DNA of 63,639 nucleotides, the filler included, from Asterionella formosa (lineage: Eukaryota): assembly GCA_002256025.1 (NCBI GenBank). It is 13 parts of 13 records of this genome, joined end to end, with 100 filler letters (N's around TTAATTAATTAA, not from the genome) between each part and the next. Parts side by side here need not be neighbours in the genome. Positions count along the whole stretch, not along the records: positions 23,523 to 46,886 come from NKIB01002497.1; 12 more parts are not named here. The stretch is one strand, 5' to 3'. Shown one piece after another: positions 35,206 to 45,762 of this stretch. Position 1 is the stretch's first letter. Each line of letters starts with the position of its first letter. The notes beneath the pieces are model-generated. The model was not told the DNA's origin. It saw only the letters and a program-made list of their open reading frames with translations, and made no database searches. Position numbers and translations under genes: made by a program.

Positions 35206-37038
35206 CTAGTCTATGGAGGAGACAGAATCTATAGATTGTAACTTTTCAAGTCGTTCGGAGATTTCAATGAGTGCTTGCTGAAGGATATCATACTCGGATC
35301 GACAAAGAATGGTGATGTTGACGAGGTTCCTGTCACCAATAGTACTGGTCGTCCTAGTCGATAGAGGAAAATGTTGCAAGGAAATGTCAGTTGCCATGAA
35401 AGATTCCTTTTGTAATGAGAGACCATGATCCTCCATGTTCTGTAATAATCGATGGGCCATGATATCTAGGGCACCACCAAGAGCTGACAATGCTGCTACT
35501 TCATTGTCAGGACTAATCATATCCATTTTAGTTGTTGTATTTCCGCCATCATGACATTGTTGTTGTTTCACCAATTGAAAGAGTTCTTCCTCTATTTGTA
35601 TTCCAACCATTCGAAGTACAGATAACAACGAGTGAGGAATAATAGTACTACTATTCGTCGACGAGCCTCGTTTTTGTCGGAGTAGATGAGGAGCCATTAC
35701 ATTGTCGATTCCACATTTGGAATACAGTAGCCGAGCCTTGACTTCATACAGTGGATCTGTAGAGAGGAGAGGCGCATATATTTGCACTGCATCATTTGGA
35801 TTCCCCAAAATGACAAATCCGTAGACAAATAAGAGTTTTTCATTCGGAAAATTGCCATAATTGAGACGTATCTCGGATCCTGCAGGAATGATATGATTGT
35901 TTCCATTAAATAGGGATACATTGCCCTCTTGGTCCATGGCATGGTACAATTCGCTTGAAAAGTCATGATTTATCATGTCAAAGTACGGAATGATAACTCT
36001 TGTTTGAATAATTGTATCGTTGTCAAAAATGTCCGATGACGTGACAAAATCAGTGGACCGACTGTAGATATTGCACAATGCCCATTTGTACAACTCAAAG
36101 TCATTGTCAGGGTCCCACAGGAACTGTGACACTAAATTATCGTTGTGATGGCATGCAATGGACCCACATACCAAAAAATACGCTCGTAGAATTGCAGCAA
36201 GTTTTGACCAATCGGTGTTCATTTGTTGTTGCATCCGTATCACAAACTCGTGACAGTTGGTTCCTTCCAATCGTGATAATTCGTTTTGAGTGAAGTAGAG
36301 TGGCATTGTTGGAAAGTTGTTGGGTAACATCGCCACATGTGACAGAAATGAAAGAGGACGTAATGGTGTAGTGGAAGTGGTCATATTGTTGTCAAAGGAA
36401 GTTGCATAGTCGTCGGCGGCGGGATTGGAGGAAGCCATGTCGTCATCATCAGTAACAATGGGTTGCACTGCCATGACAATGCCATCAACGACTGCTATCT
36501 CTCGGGTTGTTGACAGATTATTATTGGTACTATCAATGGATATCGCCGCTTCCGAAATTTGTCTATTAGGCAAACTTGTCATCCCAACAATTCTTTTGCA
36601 CGCCATAAGATATAACGCAACCCCATCATCTCCTCTCCACTGATAATCTAAATTTGCTGCAGTAGATTTGACAATGGAGGTGTCGTCCGTAGAAAGAATC
36701 AATTCTTTAATGTCGTGAATTGCATCCAAAGCTGCTTCTTCAACTTCTTGTGCCGTTTGCCAGTCACCACAACACAGACAACAATTTTGAGGATGCTTCT
36801 GCTGCTGGAGCGATGATAATGGCCGTGTCGATATCATTTGCTCTCCAATCAATGACCTTGCAGGAATAAACAGTATTCTTTCTCCTGGAAAGATGTCTTC
36901 AGTAGCAAATAATCCTCGTATTTGTTGTTGTTGCTCGTCCTCAACATCATTTTCAATTTTTGACGCTGGATGGACACGAACTTTGGAGGCTTCTATGATG
37001 GCGTCGTGCCGTATCCAGTGCTCATACTCAACATTCAT
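35206..37038 (-). CDS. SET-domain lysine methyltransferase (Rubisco LSMT/SETD3-like)
   Basis: RGLFATEDI, YKWALCNIYSRS, IPYFDMINH, GSEIRLNYG..PNEKLLFVYGF, followed by a helical LSMT substrate-binding-like region. Confidence 0.93.
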   Translation of the reverse strand: MNVEYEHWIRHDAIIEASKVRVHPASKIENDVEDEQQQQIRGLFATEDIFPGERILFIPARSLIGEQMISTRPLSSLQQQKHPQNCCLCCGDWQTAQEVEEAALDAIHDIKELILSTDDTSIVKSTAANLDYQWRGDDGVALYLMACKRIVGMTSLPNRQISEAAISIDSTNNNLSTTREIAVVDGIVMAVQPIVTDDDDMASSNPAADDYATSFDNNMTTSTTPLRPLSFLSHVAMLPNNFPTMPLYFTQNELSRLEGTNCHEFVIRMQQQMNTDWSKLAAILRAYFLVCGSIACHHNDNLVSQFLWDPDNDFELYKWALCNIYSRSTDFVTSSDIFDNDTIIQTRVIIPYFDMINHDFSSELYHAMDQEGNVSLFNGNNHIIPAGSEIRLNYGNFPNEKLLFVYGFVILGNPNDAVQIYAPLLSTDPLYEVKARLLYSKCGIDNVMAPHLLRQKRGSSTNSSTIIPHSLLSVLRMVGIQIEEELFQLVKQQQCHDGGNTTTKMDMISPDNEVAALSALGGALDIMAHRLLQNMEDHGLSLQKESFMATDISLQHFPLSTRTTSTIGDRNLVNITILCRSEYDILQQALIEISERLEKLQSIDSVSSID

Positions 37039-38026
37039 AATAGTTTCTCAAGTGTAACAAGTATGACAATACATCGGAGAGACATAAACGATGGTGACAT
37101 TCATCGGCGTCGCCCCAAAATTATGTGCCCATTCCTATCATCGCCTCTGCCTATTTTACAAGATAAAAACATTAGCAACGATACCGCTCTACCTGTATTC
37201 TAACAACAATGTGAGCAATGTGTATCATACATGATGATGACATGAAAATGATACCAGGTATGATCATACGTGGAAAACTCGTATCACATGCAACCTCGTC
37301 GTTTGTGCTTCAGCCGAATGCATATTTGTAGACGAAACGGGCAACAAGCAATAGAAAGTCATTGTAAAAATCTAGTCAGTCTTGTGTTTCCTTAGCTAAA
37401 TTAATATTCTTTAAGGCTACCAATCGAGCGATGCGAAATTAGGGGTTGATTGCTGCCATTTCAATTTCCAACCTCTTCATCTCTCAGCAAATCTTGGTAA
37501 CATTCCAGACTTCAGCTTTCTCATCCTTGTCATCTCGTTATCTTGATTGATGTGTCACAATATCACACAGGTTGATTCTAGGGTTTAGGTTGCCACTTGG
37601 AGGTGAGGGAATGGTACTTGCTGGCCACAATATGTGGCGAACAAACAGAGTTAACTCCTAACAGTAAGTAACAAGCAGCAGACTGACTGGATATCTTAGT
37701 ACATCTTTGTCCATCAAAATTTCACTCAGTTGCTTGTCAATTTTCATTCCCTCTGAGGAATGGGTTGATTTGAGAGAAAACTGGCATAATGAAAGTCAAG
37801 AAAGATCCTTCCAGTCAGACATTGGCAATCAGACGAGGAAATGATTGGCAAAGGTTTTAAGCAAGAATGAAGCAAGGTGTAACAACATAAAGTACCATGG
37901 GCAGTTGTTGAAAGGCTGCACTAAAATTTCGGTGAAACTTTAAGAAGAAGTTTTACTTATATATTAAAGCTGGCTAAAACCACTCAGCTTTTGTAAACGT
38001 TCAACTAAATACACAGCTAAGGTTGT

Positions 38027-38224
38027 GGGGATTAGCTGAGTTGGTTAGCTCACCTTCCGAGGTGACGAGTTCGATTCCCGCATTCTCCACCTGCTCTGTT
38101 TCTTTCGACCCTTGGGTTCCGGGTGGTGAGGCAGACAACAAGCAGTTCTACTAAGGCCCTCTGGGGGGCCAAGTGCGACTTCACAACAACCTCCAAAATT
38201 GTCAAGTTCTTTAACAATAGCATA
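38027..38224 (+). mobile_element. tRNA-derived SINE-like element, family 2, copy b
   Basis: A box TAGCTGAGTTGG (38033), hairpin TCACCT-TCCG-AGGTGA, B box GAGTTCGATTCCC (38067); body matches 29040-29178. Confidence 0.75.
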
Positions 38225-38643
38225 TATAATAATCATTTTTATAGCGCATTCTTACTATTCTATTTCTAGAGTTGCCGTCGTTGCGCTCCATGGACCATTT
38301 AAGGTGGGGGGGGGGGGGTTGGAAATGGAAAGGTTTGGGTGGTAGTCACTTCCTCTTGTTGAAGTAGTTTAAAAAAACAATTGTGGTAGCTTTGTTCTTG
38401 GTTCATTTCTCTATGACTGAACTTCTCATGTCAGCTGCAGAGTTGGATGGTGAGTGTGGATTGGGTTAAAGATTTCCATGGCCCCACCTCTGTTGGTTCT
38501 ATTTGGAGTATCCATAATAATTGGTGCTTCCAGGGCTTCCAACTCTTTGGTTCTTCGTCTTTGTCTTCATTGTCTTGCTCTCTGTATAGTCCCTAGGGGC
38601 AGGATCCATGGGTTGGTAAAAGATTGATTTATCCCTTGATTAC

Positions 38644-38969
38644 GAATGGCTTAGTGGTTTAGCATGTTGCCTTCGATCTGAGGTTGCTTGTGTGGTTCGA
38701 TTCCTGCAAAAATTTTGACAGGCAATTGTTGGGTTCGACTCCCACATTCCTTACCATCCCGTAAGGTCTTGCCTGGTGTGTAAGAAATAGCGGGTTGCGT
38801 TCCCTACAAGCAGTTTGTGCCGCCTTCCTAGGCGGTCAGAGTTTCCACCTAATGCTGCGGCTAAGATGGTCACCTTTCGCAAAAGTTGGTTGAGGACTCA
38901 CCTACTACACTAACAAAACTAGGGAAACACAAGATCTTGTTGGCAGGTAGCACAATGAAAAACTTGCCT
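38644..38969 (+). mobile_element. tRNA-derived SINE-like element, family 1, copy b
   Basis: A box TGGCTTAGTGG (38647), B boxes GGTTCGATTCCT (38694) and GGGTTCGACTCCC (38731); colinear with 21851-22122 apart from a ~50-bp insertion. Confidence 0.75.
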
Positions 38970-38999
38970 ATAGAAATAGAGGAGTACGAAAGGGCTATA

Positions 39000-39720
39000 A
39001 AACATACTAAATTTAATTTGTTCCCATCCACATCAGTTGAGTAACTTCCAATTATTTCAAGATCCGTTTATGCTCCGAACATTGAGCTTCTTCAATGCCC
39101 TTTGTTCTTCCATCCGCATGCGCTCTACTTCTTTGAATGCAGCGCCCTTCATTGTTCCTCTTGTCCTCATCGCAATAGTTCATGTTTCTCCTGGTTTGCT
39201 TCACTGCCTGCGAATAAACCGCTACACTTTGAGCTTCATCTGTGCCTTTTCAACCAGGACAGGACACACTAGTGAATCCAATTCTCCAGAGTAGTCCCCC
39301 AACAAAGACATTTTACACTTGGTGCAGCACATTTCCTTAAGAACATATCCCTGTAGCATTTTGGCCCACAACACCTTTTGGTGGCAATGTCACGACTGGA
39401 AAGGTTTTGGTGTTAGTTTATTTGTCATCTGTACAAGTTTTCAATCCAATTCCACTCAAAAATTCAAGAAGAATCAGGCACTTAGTACCGGACACAGTAT
39501 TCTCCAAGACAATTTTCGTCTTTCTTCCTTTCCTTGGGAATGTATCCTTGCAGCTGCATTATGGCTCCCAACACCTTGGTGACAAACTTGGTGGTAAGTA
39601 ATGGCTTAGTTGGACCTACACATGGAAAATGGGGAAACCTTTGTTGATTGCTTGAGATTTGATTACTAGTGATGAGTAAAAACACCAGGGCCAAGCAGTT
39701 TGACTTACTAAACATAGAAT
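39000..39720 (-). pseudogene. Possible decayed LINE ORF2 fragment
   Basis: Broken coding-like frames (TKFVTKVLG..., ENCLGEYC) next to SINE-like copies; weak resemblance only. Confidence 0.2.
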
Positions 39721-39849
39721 AGCCATTAGGTGTTAAATAAATAATTATTAATTAGGAGAATTATAAGGGTCAGGCTGTACATGACAGGAAGGGCCAAGCA
39801 GTATGACTCACTAATCATAGGAAGTCACAATGTGCTAAATAAAGAATTA

Positions 39850-42800
39850 TTACATAGGATCAGTATAAGGGGCAAGGATGATAGTAAAAGTTTTTCCATC
39901 ATCAACAACTGTAATGGTTGCAACTTTTGTACTGGCACAGGATTCTTGGGAACCTGGATTGATAGCTGTTGTTAATGTAGTGCTCCTTAAAGGTGGCACA
40001 TTACTGAAGTTGTTATGTTCAACATACATGGAAACTAGTGCAGGCCCACTGCCACTGTCCCCATCATCATAAATGTACCATCCTGCATTCAGGGTTATGT
40101 TATATGTATGTCCTCTTGCATGATTGATGTTGTCATAGTACCTCCCAAGAAGTACTTTGACTTTTTCAGATCCTCCAAAATCAGTGTTGTCACCAAAAGA
40201 TGTCAAGTACGTCGTTGTGTTAGGACCACAATCATAGGATCCCACTGTTGTTCCATTAAATTCAGTACTAGTATCTAAGTCAAGGAGGTCCGCTGGCCAT
40301 GAATAAGTGATGATAAGAGATACTCCAGACAATGTATCTAGAATCAGATTGCCTCCACCATCAATGCCATCCGTTTCATTCCCTTTGTAAGATGTCACTG
40401 CATTCAATTTGGTCATGACCAAATGTCGCCCTATCCCGAATCTATCCTCAATCATAGTGACATTGAATAGAGGCACAGCTTGGAATGCAAACACTTCACC
40501 CGGCATACCAGACCTAAGAGCAAGAGCTGCAGCAAAGATAAAATCTCCAGCATTTTGGTCAGCTCCAGTTCCTGAACCAGTATCAGCTAATATTACCACT
40601 GTTGTGCTAAATGGGTCTCCAGAAATAGGATCACAGCGATAGATAGCAAAACCTGTCAGATTGCCAAATATGTTCCTTGGAAGTAGACTTACATTTACTG
40701 ATATTGCAATTGATAATGATTTGCCTGCTGGGATAAGTTCAGGGTTAAATTGGAATGAACTGGGGAGTGGTTCGAAATTGCTTGGCTTTTCACTGGGAAT
40801 GACAACTGCACGTGTGGGAACTGAAGTAGGTGTTGCAGTTGGTAAGATAGTAGGAGATACAGTTGGGAACCGAGTAGGCATTCCAGTGGGAGAAGTAGTA
40901 GGTGCAACAGTGGGACCTAAAGTAGGTGTTGCAGTTGGCAAGACTGTAGGAGATACAGTTGGTAAGACAGTAGGAGGTACAGTTGGAACCGGAGTAGGGT
41001 TTGCTCTGGGAAAAGCAGTAGGTGCAATAGTAGGAGTTGAAGTAGGTGTTGCGGTTGGTATGACAGTAGGAGATACAGTCGGGACCAGAGTAGGCATTCC
41101 AGTGGGAGAAGAAGTAGGTGCAACAGTGGGACCTAAAGTAGGTGTTGCAGTTGGCAAGACTGTTGTAGATACAGTTGGGACCAGAGTAGGAATTCCAGTG
41201 GGAGAAGCAGTAGGTGCAATAGAGGGAGCTAATGTAGGTGTTACAGTTGGTAAGACAGTAGGAGGTACAGTTGGAACCGGAGTAGGGTTTGCTCTGGGAA
41301 AAGCAGTAGGTGCAATAGTGGGAGTTGAAGTAGGTGTTGCGGTTGGTAAGACAGTAGGCAGTACAGTTGGGACCAGAGTAGGCATCCCAGTGAGAGAAGC
41401 AGTAGTTGCAATAGTGGGAGCTAAAGTTGGTGTAACAGTTGGTAAGACAGTAAGAGGTATAGTGGGGACCAGAGTAGGGTTTCCAGTGGGAGAAGCAGCA
41501 GGAGTTCCAGTTGGCAAGATGGAAGGCGATAAAGTTGGAGACACAGTGGGTAGTGAGGTTGGTACCTCAGTTGGAACAAAAATGGGCGATGTACTTGGCG
41601 AGGATGTAGAAAATATACTCGGGTGCAATGTGGAAGTACTAGTAGGAAGAAGGGTAGGAGTAGCAATTGGTGTTGGAGTTGTAGCAAATGTGGGGATAGA
41701 TGTTGGAGCACCAGATACAGTTGAAGGAGCAGATGTTTGCGGGATGGTGATCATTGGAGATGTATTTGGGCTTCCAGATGGGGTAGCAGTAGGTCCTGCG
41801 GTCATAGTGAGGACTGGAGTATCAGTTAGCACAACGGTTTCTGGAGAGGTTATTGTTGGTGTTGGAGTTGTAGCAAATGTGGGGATAGATGTTGGAGCAC
41901 CAGATACAGTTGAAGGAGCAGATGTTTGCGGGATGGTGATCATTGGAGATGTATTTGGGCTTCCAGATGGGGTGGCAGTAGGTCCTGCGGTCATAGTGAG
42001 CACTGGAGTATCAGTTGGCACAACGGTTTCTGGAGAGGTTATTGTTGGTGTTGGAGTTGTAGCAAATGTGGGGATAGATGTCTGAGCAGCAGATGTAATT
42101 GAAGGAGCAGATGTTTGCGGGATAATGATCATTGGAGATGTACTCGGGCTTCCTGATGGGGTAACAGTAGGTTCTGTAGTCACAGCGATGTCTGGATTAA
42201 TAGTTTGACCAATTGAGATTTCCACAATTGAGCTAAAGCCAGAAATCATGGAAAGACCACTTAAATATGCTGAATCCAATATATACATTTCGGAGCGTTT
42301 CAATTCTTCTGCAGGACTCAAAGGATTTGGTCCAATTTGTTCTGTGAAGATTTTAATTGTCACTGTAAGTTTATTTATAGAGGCTTCAACTAGAAAACGA
42401 ACCGACTGATTTGTGGTTTGAGAGGACAGTGATGTGACATTTACAGCCAGAAACATTGGCGGATTTTGATATTCTGATTCAAAAGCAGCATTCAAATATC
42501 CCCTGGTAAAGTTTGTGAATAATTCCACTTCAATTGGACTCAATGAGGAAATACCAAAAAGCGATAGTGATAAATCAAAGAAGTTTCTTGAAATCTGGAT
42601 TATTGAGCCGACTGTTGGTATCTGTGTTGTTACCGATATTGGTAAAGATATAGACGCAGCAGATGAAGGTGATGGAGTGGAAGTTTCCTGGATGGGCACC
42701 AATGTATTGTTATTTAAGGCCCCTGTTGGCACACGTACAGGTCCTGGAGTCAGCTCAGAAGTTTTTGTGCTGGTGGTTGGAGAGTCTGTATATGCAGAAC

Positions 42801-45762
42801 TGGGCAATATTGTAGGACCAATACTTATCTCTGAACTTGACGGCAAGGTGGTTGCCGATTTGGGTATCTCATTCTGACTCGGAGCCGAAGACTTGAATAC
42901 TGGGGATCGTACATATGGTAATGCAGTTGGGGTAATCCCAGATCCAGAGACTGTGGGAATCTCGGTTGCAGTATGGGGAGATGTACTAGACAATGAAAAA
43001 AACGAAGGAGGTGATGAGGGAGCCAATGATGCTGAAACTTCAAATGTATCTCCAGTAACAAGATCCGATATGAAGAGTGGATCCAGTACACCAACTTCTG
43101 CCAACCTTTGAATTGTCATCTGGAACAATACTGAAAATTCTTCAATTGTTGGAGCACGATTTTCAGCCAGGACTGGACAATAGCAATCATTGGCAGCAAC
43201 CACTTGCAAGCGCCGATCTTGTGTATAGCTAGCGCTATCAGATGTGGGTAGTAAGAGCTGGCGACGTACAGCATCATTAAACAACCTGGAATTACTGCTG
43301 CAACCTCGACATGTGCCACTGATCCTGAAACGATAGCCAAATGAACTACCACGCTGTGTAGGCTTTCGAGTAGGAGCACGAGTGACAATACGCTGTACTG
43401 TCTGCAATGATCGACGATTAGAACCATTGGTGATGTTAACCTCGATGGCCAAAGCATTCGTGACCCTGCGAAACAATAAATCGCAAGTTTCATTGTTACG
43501 TGAGTTCAGTGTGTTAAAGGTGTCAACCACTTCCTGCTCCAACACTGAAATTTGTGATGGTGTAGCTTTGCTGGGATCTCCAACAAAGCCAACATCCAGG
43601 AATGATTCAAAATCTACAGCAGCAGCACAAATGTCAGGTTCTACTTCGAATGTGTTGCTATTTACAACATCAGCAACAAAAGTAGAATTCAACAATCCAC
43701 CGTCCACAAGATTCTGGATATTCATCTTGAAAGATGTTTCAAATTCTTCAATCGTTGGAGCACGATTTTCAGCCAGGACTGGACAATAGCAATCATTGGC
43801 AGCAACCACTTGCAAGCGCCGATCATGTGTGTAGCTAGCGCTATCAGATGTGGGTAGTAAGAGCTGGCGACGTACAGCATCATTAAACAACCTGGAATTA
43901 CTGCTGCAACCTCGACATGTGCCACTGATCCTGAAACGATAGCCGAATGAACTACCACGCTGTGTAGGCTTTCGAGTAGGAGCACGAGTGACAATACGCT
44001 GTACTGTCTGCAATGATCGACGATTAGAACCGTTGCTGATGTTAACCTCAATGGCCAAAGCATTCGTGACCCTGCGAAACAATAAATCGCAAGTTTCATT
44101 GTTACGTGAGTTCAGTGTGTTAAACGTGTCAACCACTTCCTGCTCCAACACTGAAATTTGTGATGGTGTAGCTTTGCTGGGATCTCCAACAAAGCCAACA
44201 TCCAGGAATGATTCAAAATCTACAGCAGCAGCACAAATGTCAGGTTCTACTTCGAATGTGTTGCTATTCAAAACATCAACAATGAATTGAGGAGTCAAGG
44301 AATCACCTGCCACTAGATCATGGATTGCAATCTTGAAAGATGCCTCGAATTCATCAATTGTTGGAGCACGATTTTCAGCCAGAATTGGGCAGATGCAATC
44401 ATTCGCTACGTCCAATTGAACATTTTGGCCATGGGAGTAGTAAATACCGAAAGAGGAGATTGAGAGGCCCCGACGAACAGAATTATGAAACAACATGGAA
44501 TTCCTGCTGCACCCTTGACATCTGCCAGTAACCCTGAAGCGATAGCTGAATGAGCCACTACGCTGTGGACCGCTGATTATGTCAACTTCGATAGCCAAAG
44601 CATTCGTGAGCCTTCGAAACAATAAATCGCAAGTTGCATTTCTGACTGAGTTTAGATTGTTGAAGGTATCAACAACCCCCTGCTCTAGAATCGAGATTTG
44701 TGATGGTGTGACCTTGCTGGAATCGCCAATAAAGTTGATGACCAGGAAAGATTCAAATTCCTCTTTTCTGTTGCATGCTCCTGATTCTGATTTCAGAACC
44801 ACCACAAAATCGACCCTTTCAACAAACAGAACGGCAAAAGAGGATTGCACGAATGAGTTGAATCTGGATGGAAAGCCTGACGGTGGCAAACACGTATAGC
44901 ATGGATCCATATCGATTGTAGAAGGAATGATAGAGGGTGAAGGAGAATATGCCATTATAGTCTTGCCGTTCGATTCCCTATTTCTTTTGTGCTTTCCCTT
45001 CTTACTACTCCTCGTGCTCCCTTTCCGAGTATTTCCGTTATCCCTTCTGTTTTTCCCTCCCTTCTTGTTCGCTTTATTTTTATTTTTACTCTCATCCTTC
45101 ATGTTGTTATCAACACGCTCGCTACCTTTGATTCTATGAAGCTTCAGCCCTCTCTGGGCATTGTCATCTGCGAAAAGCCTCATGTCGTCTCCGCATCCTG
45201 AGCAAAGACCTTGGATAAGAAAACGGAGTCCAAATGATACAGCACTTCCGTTACTGCTCAGGAAACCATCATTTAAGTCTGTTTGATTCCATACAGAAAC
45301 AACAGAGGTAAGGACGCGGAAGGTTCCATTCTCACAATCTTCTGAACTAAAAGAGTTGTAGCTTTCCATAAACAGAAGCTCAAGTTCTCTCAGCTGATCT
45401 GGCGATACAAGATCTGGGTGCCCAGTGAGCGTTGCAGAGACTTCATATTGAAACGGGCTTGGAGGGGGGAGATCTTCACACACAGTGATATTGGCCATAT
45501 TTCTTTCCACGACTTCTTCTTCTCCATCCTTCTGCTCGCCGATTCTGCCGCTCTTAATCAATGCCCCTTTTTGTTTTCGGAATAAGGCGGGGTGCAAGTC
45601 TTTGAAGGTTTCCTTGGGGTGCGATTTTTCTGGATTCTTGGCGGATTCCACTTTCAACAGCAACAGTAGCTGAGTAACGACAAAGAATGCAATCGACAAG
45701 GAACGGCGGACTTTAGCCAATCTGCTACGCCTCGATACCGGAGAATTAATATCAGGGAGCAA
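39850..45762 (-). CDS. Large secreted/surface mucin-like protein with four Cys-containing repeat domains, RxL sites and long Pro/Thr (PT..P) repeats
   Basis: 1970-aa open frame; N-terminal hydrophobic segment; repeated (F)ESFL...LEQ...TFN...C...F.Y.F...G.C.GC...LF domain; PTxxP tracts. Track start is TTG; a possible ATG-AAG mini-exon at 45894-45889 (donor GTAAG at 45888) could splice in frame at the AG at 45805. Confidence 0.9.
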   Translation of the reverse strand: MLPDINSPVSRRSRLAKVRRSLSIAFFVVTQLLLLLKVESAKNPEKSHPKETFKDLHPALFRKQKGALIKSGRIGEQKDGEEEVVERNMANITVCEDLPPPSPFQYEVSATLTGHPDLVSPDQLRELELLFMESYNSFSSEDCENGTFRVLTSVVSVWNQTDLNDGFLSSNGSAVSFGLRFLIQGLCSGCGDDMRLFADDNAQRGLKLHRIKGSERVDNNMKDESKNKNKANKKGGKNRRDNGNTRKGSTRSSKKGKHKRNRESNGKTIMAYSPSPSIIPSTIDMDPCYTCLPPSGFPSRFNSFVQSSFAVLFVERVDFVVVLKSESGACNRKEEFESFLVINFIGDSSKVTPSQISILEQGVVDTFNNLNSVRNATCDLLFRRLTNALAIEVDIISGPQRSGSFSYRFRVTGRCQGCSRNSMLFHNSVRRGLSISSFGIYYSHGQNVQLDVANDCICPILAENRAPTIDEFEASFKIAIHDLVAGDSLTPQFIVDVLNSNTFEVEPDICAAAVDFESFLDVGFVGDPSKATPSQISVLEQEVVDTFNTLNSRNNETCDLLFRRVTNALAIEVNISNGSNRRSLQTVQRIVTRAPTRKPTQRGSSFGYRFRISGTCRGCSSNSRLFNDAVRRQLLLPTSDSASYTHDRRLQVVAANDCYCPVLAENRAPTIEEFETSFKMNIQNLVDGGLLNSTFVADVVNSNTFEVEPDICAAAVDFESFLDVGFVGDPSKATPSQISVLEQEVVDTFNTLNSRNNETCDLLFRRVTNALAIEVNITNGSNRRSLQTVQRIVTRAPTRKPTQRGSSFGYRFRISGTCRGCSSNSRLFNDAVRRQLLLPTSDSASYTQDRRLQVVAANDCYCPVLAENRAPTIEEFSVLFQMTIQRLAEVGVLDPLFISDLVTGDTFEVSASLAPSSPPSFFSLSSTSPHTATEIPTVSGSGITPTALPYVRSPVFKSSAPSQNEIPKSATTLPSSSEISIGPTILPSSAYTDSPTTSTKTSELTPGPVRVPTGALNNNTLVPIQETSTPSPSSAASISLPISVTTQIPTVGSIIQISRNFFDLSLSLFGISSLSPIEVELFTNFTRGYLNAAFESEYQNPPMFLAVNVTSLSSQTTNQSVRFLVEASINKLTVTIKIFTEQIGPNPLSPAEELKRSEMYILDSAYLSGLSMISGFSSIVEISIGQTINPDIAVTTEPTVTPSGSPSTSPMIIIPQTSAPSITSAAQTSIPTFATTPTPTITSPETVVPTDTPVLTMTAGPTATPSGSPNTSPMITIPQTSAPSTVSGAPTSIPTFATTPTPTITSPETVVLTDTPVLTMTAGPTATPSGSPNTSPMITIPQTSAPSTVSGAPTSIPTFATTPTPIATPTLLPTSTSTLHPSIFSTSSPSTSPIFVPTEVPTSLPTVSPTLSPSILPTGTPAASPTGNPTLVPTIPLTVLPTVTPTLAPTIATTASLTGMPTLVPTVLPTVLPTATPTSTPTIAPTAFPRANPTPVPTVPPTVLPTVTPTLAPSIAPTASPTGIPTLVPTVSTTVLPTATPTLGPTVAPTSSPTGMPTLVPTVSPTVIPTATPTSTPTIAPTAFPRANPTPVPTVPPTVLPTVSPTVLPTATPTLGPTVAPTTSPTGMPTRFPTVSPTILPTATPTSVPTRAVVIPSEKPSNFEPLPSSFQFNPELIPAGKSLSIAISVNVSLLPRNIFGNLTGFAIYRCDPISGDPFSTTVVILADTGSGTGADQNAGDFIFAAALALRSGMPGEVFAFQAVPLFNVTMIEDRFGIGRHLVMTKLNAVTSYKGNETDGIDGGGNLILDTLSGVSLIITYSWPADLLDLDTSTEFNGTTVGSYDCGPNTTTYLTSFGDNTDFGGSEKVKVLLGRYYDNINHARGHTYNITLNAGWYIYDDGDSGSGPALVSMYVEHNNFSNVPPLRSTTLTTAINPGSQESCASTKVATITVVDDGKTFTIILAPYTDPM
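41672..42140 (-). repeat. 189-bp in-frame tandem repeat in the PT-rich region
   Basis: GTTGGAGTTGTAGCAAATGTGGGGATAGATG at 41672, 41861 and 42050. Confidence 0.9.
43139..44350 (-). repeat. Near-identical 606-bp in-frame tandem duplication (202 aa) inside the mucin-like gene
   Basis: Shadow ORFs 43116..43493 and 43722..44099 are offset by 606 nt; the nucleotide sequences are almost identical. Confidence 0.95.

Noticed and set aside
40661..42085. 474-aa Val/Gly-rich plus-strand ORF
   Set aside because: Antisense shadow of the Pro/Thr repeats of the mucin-like gene.
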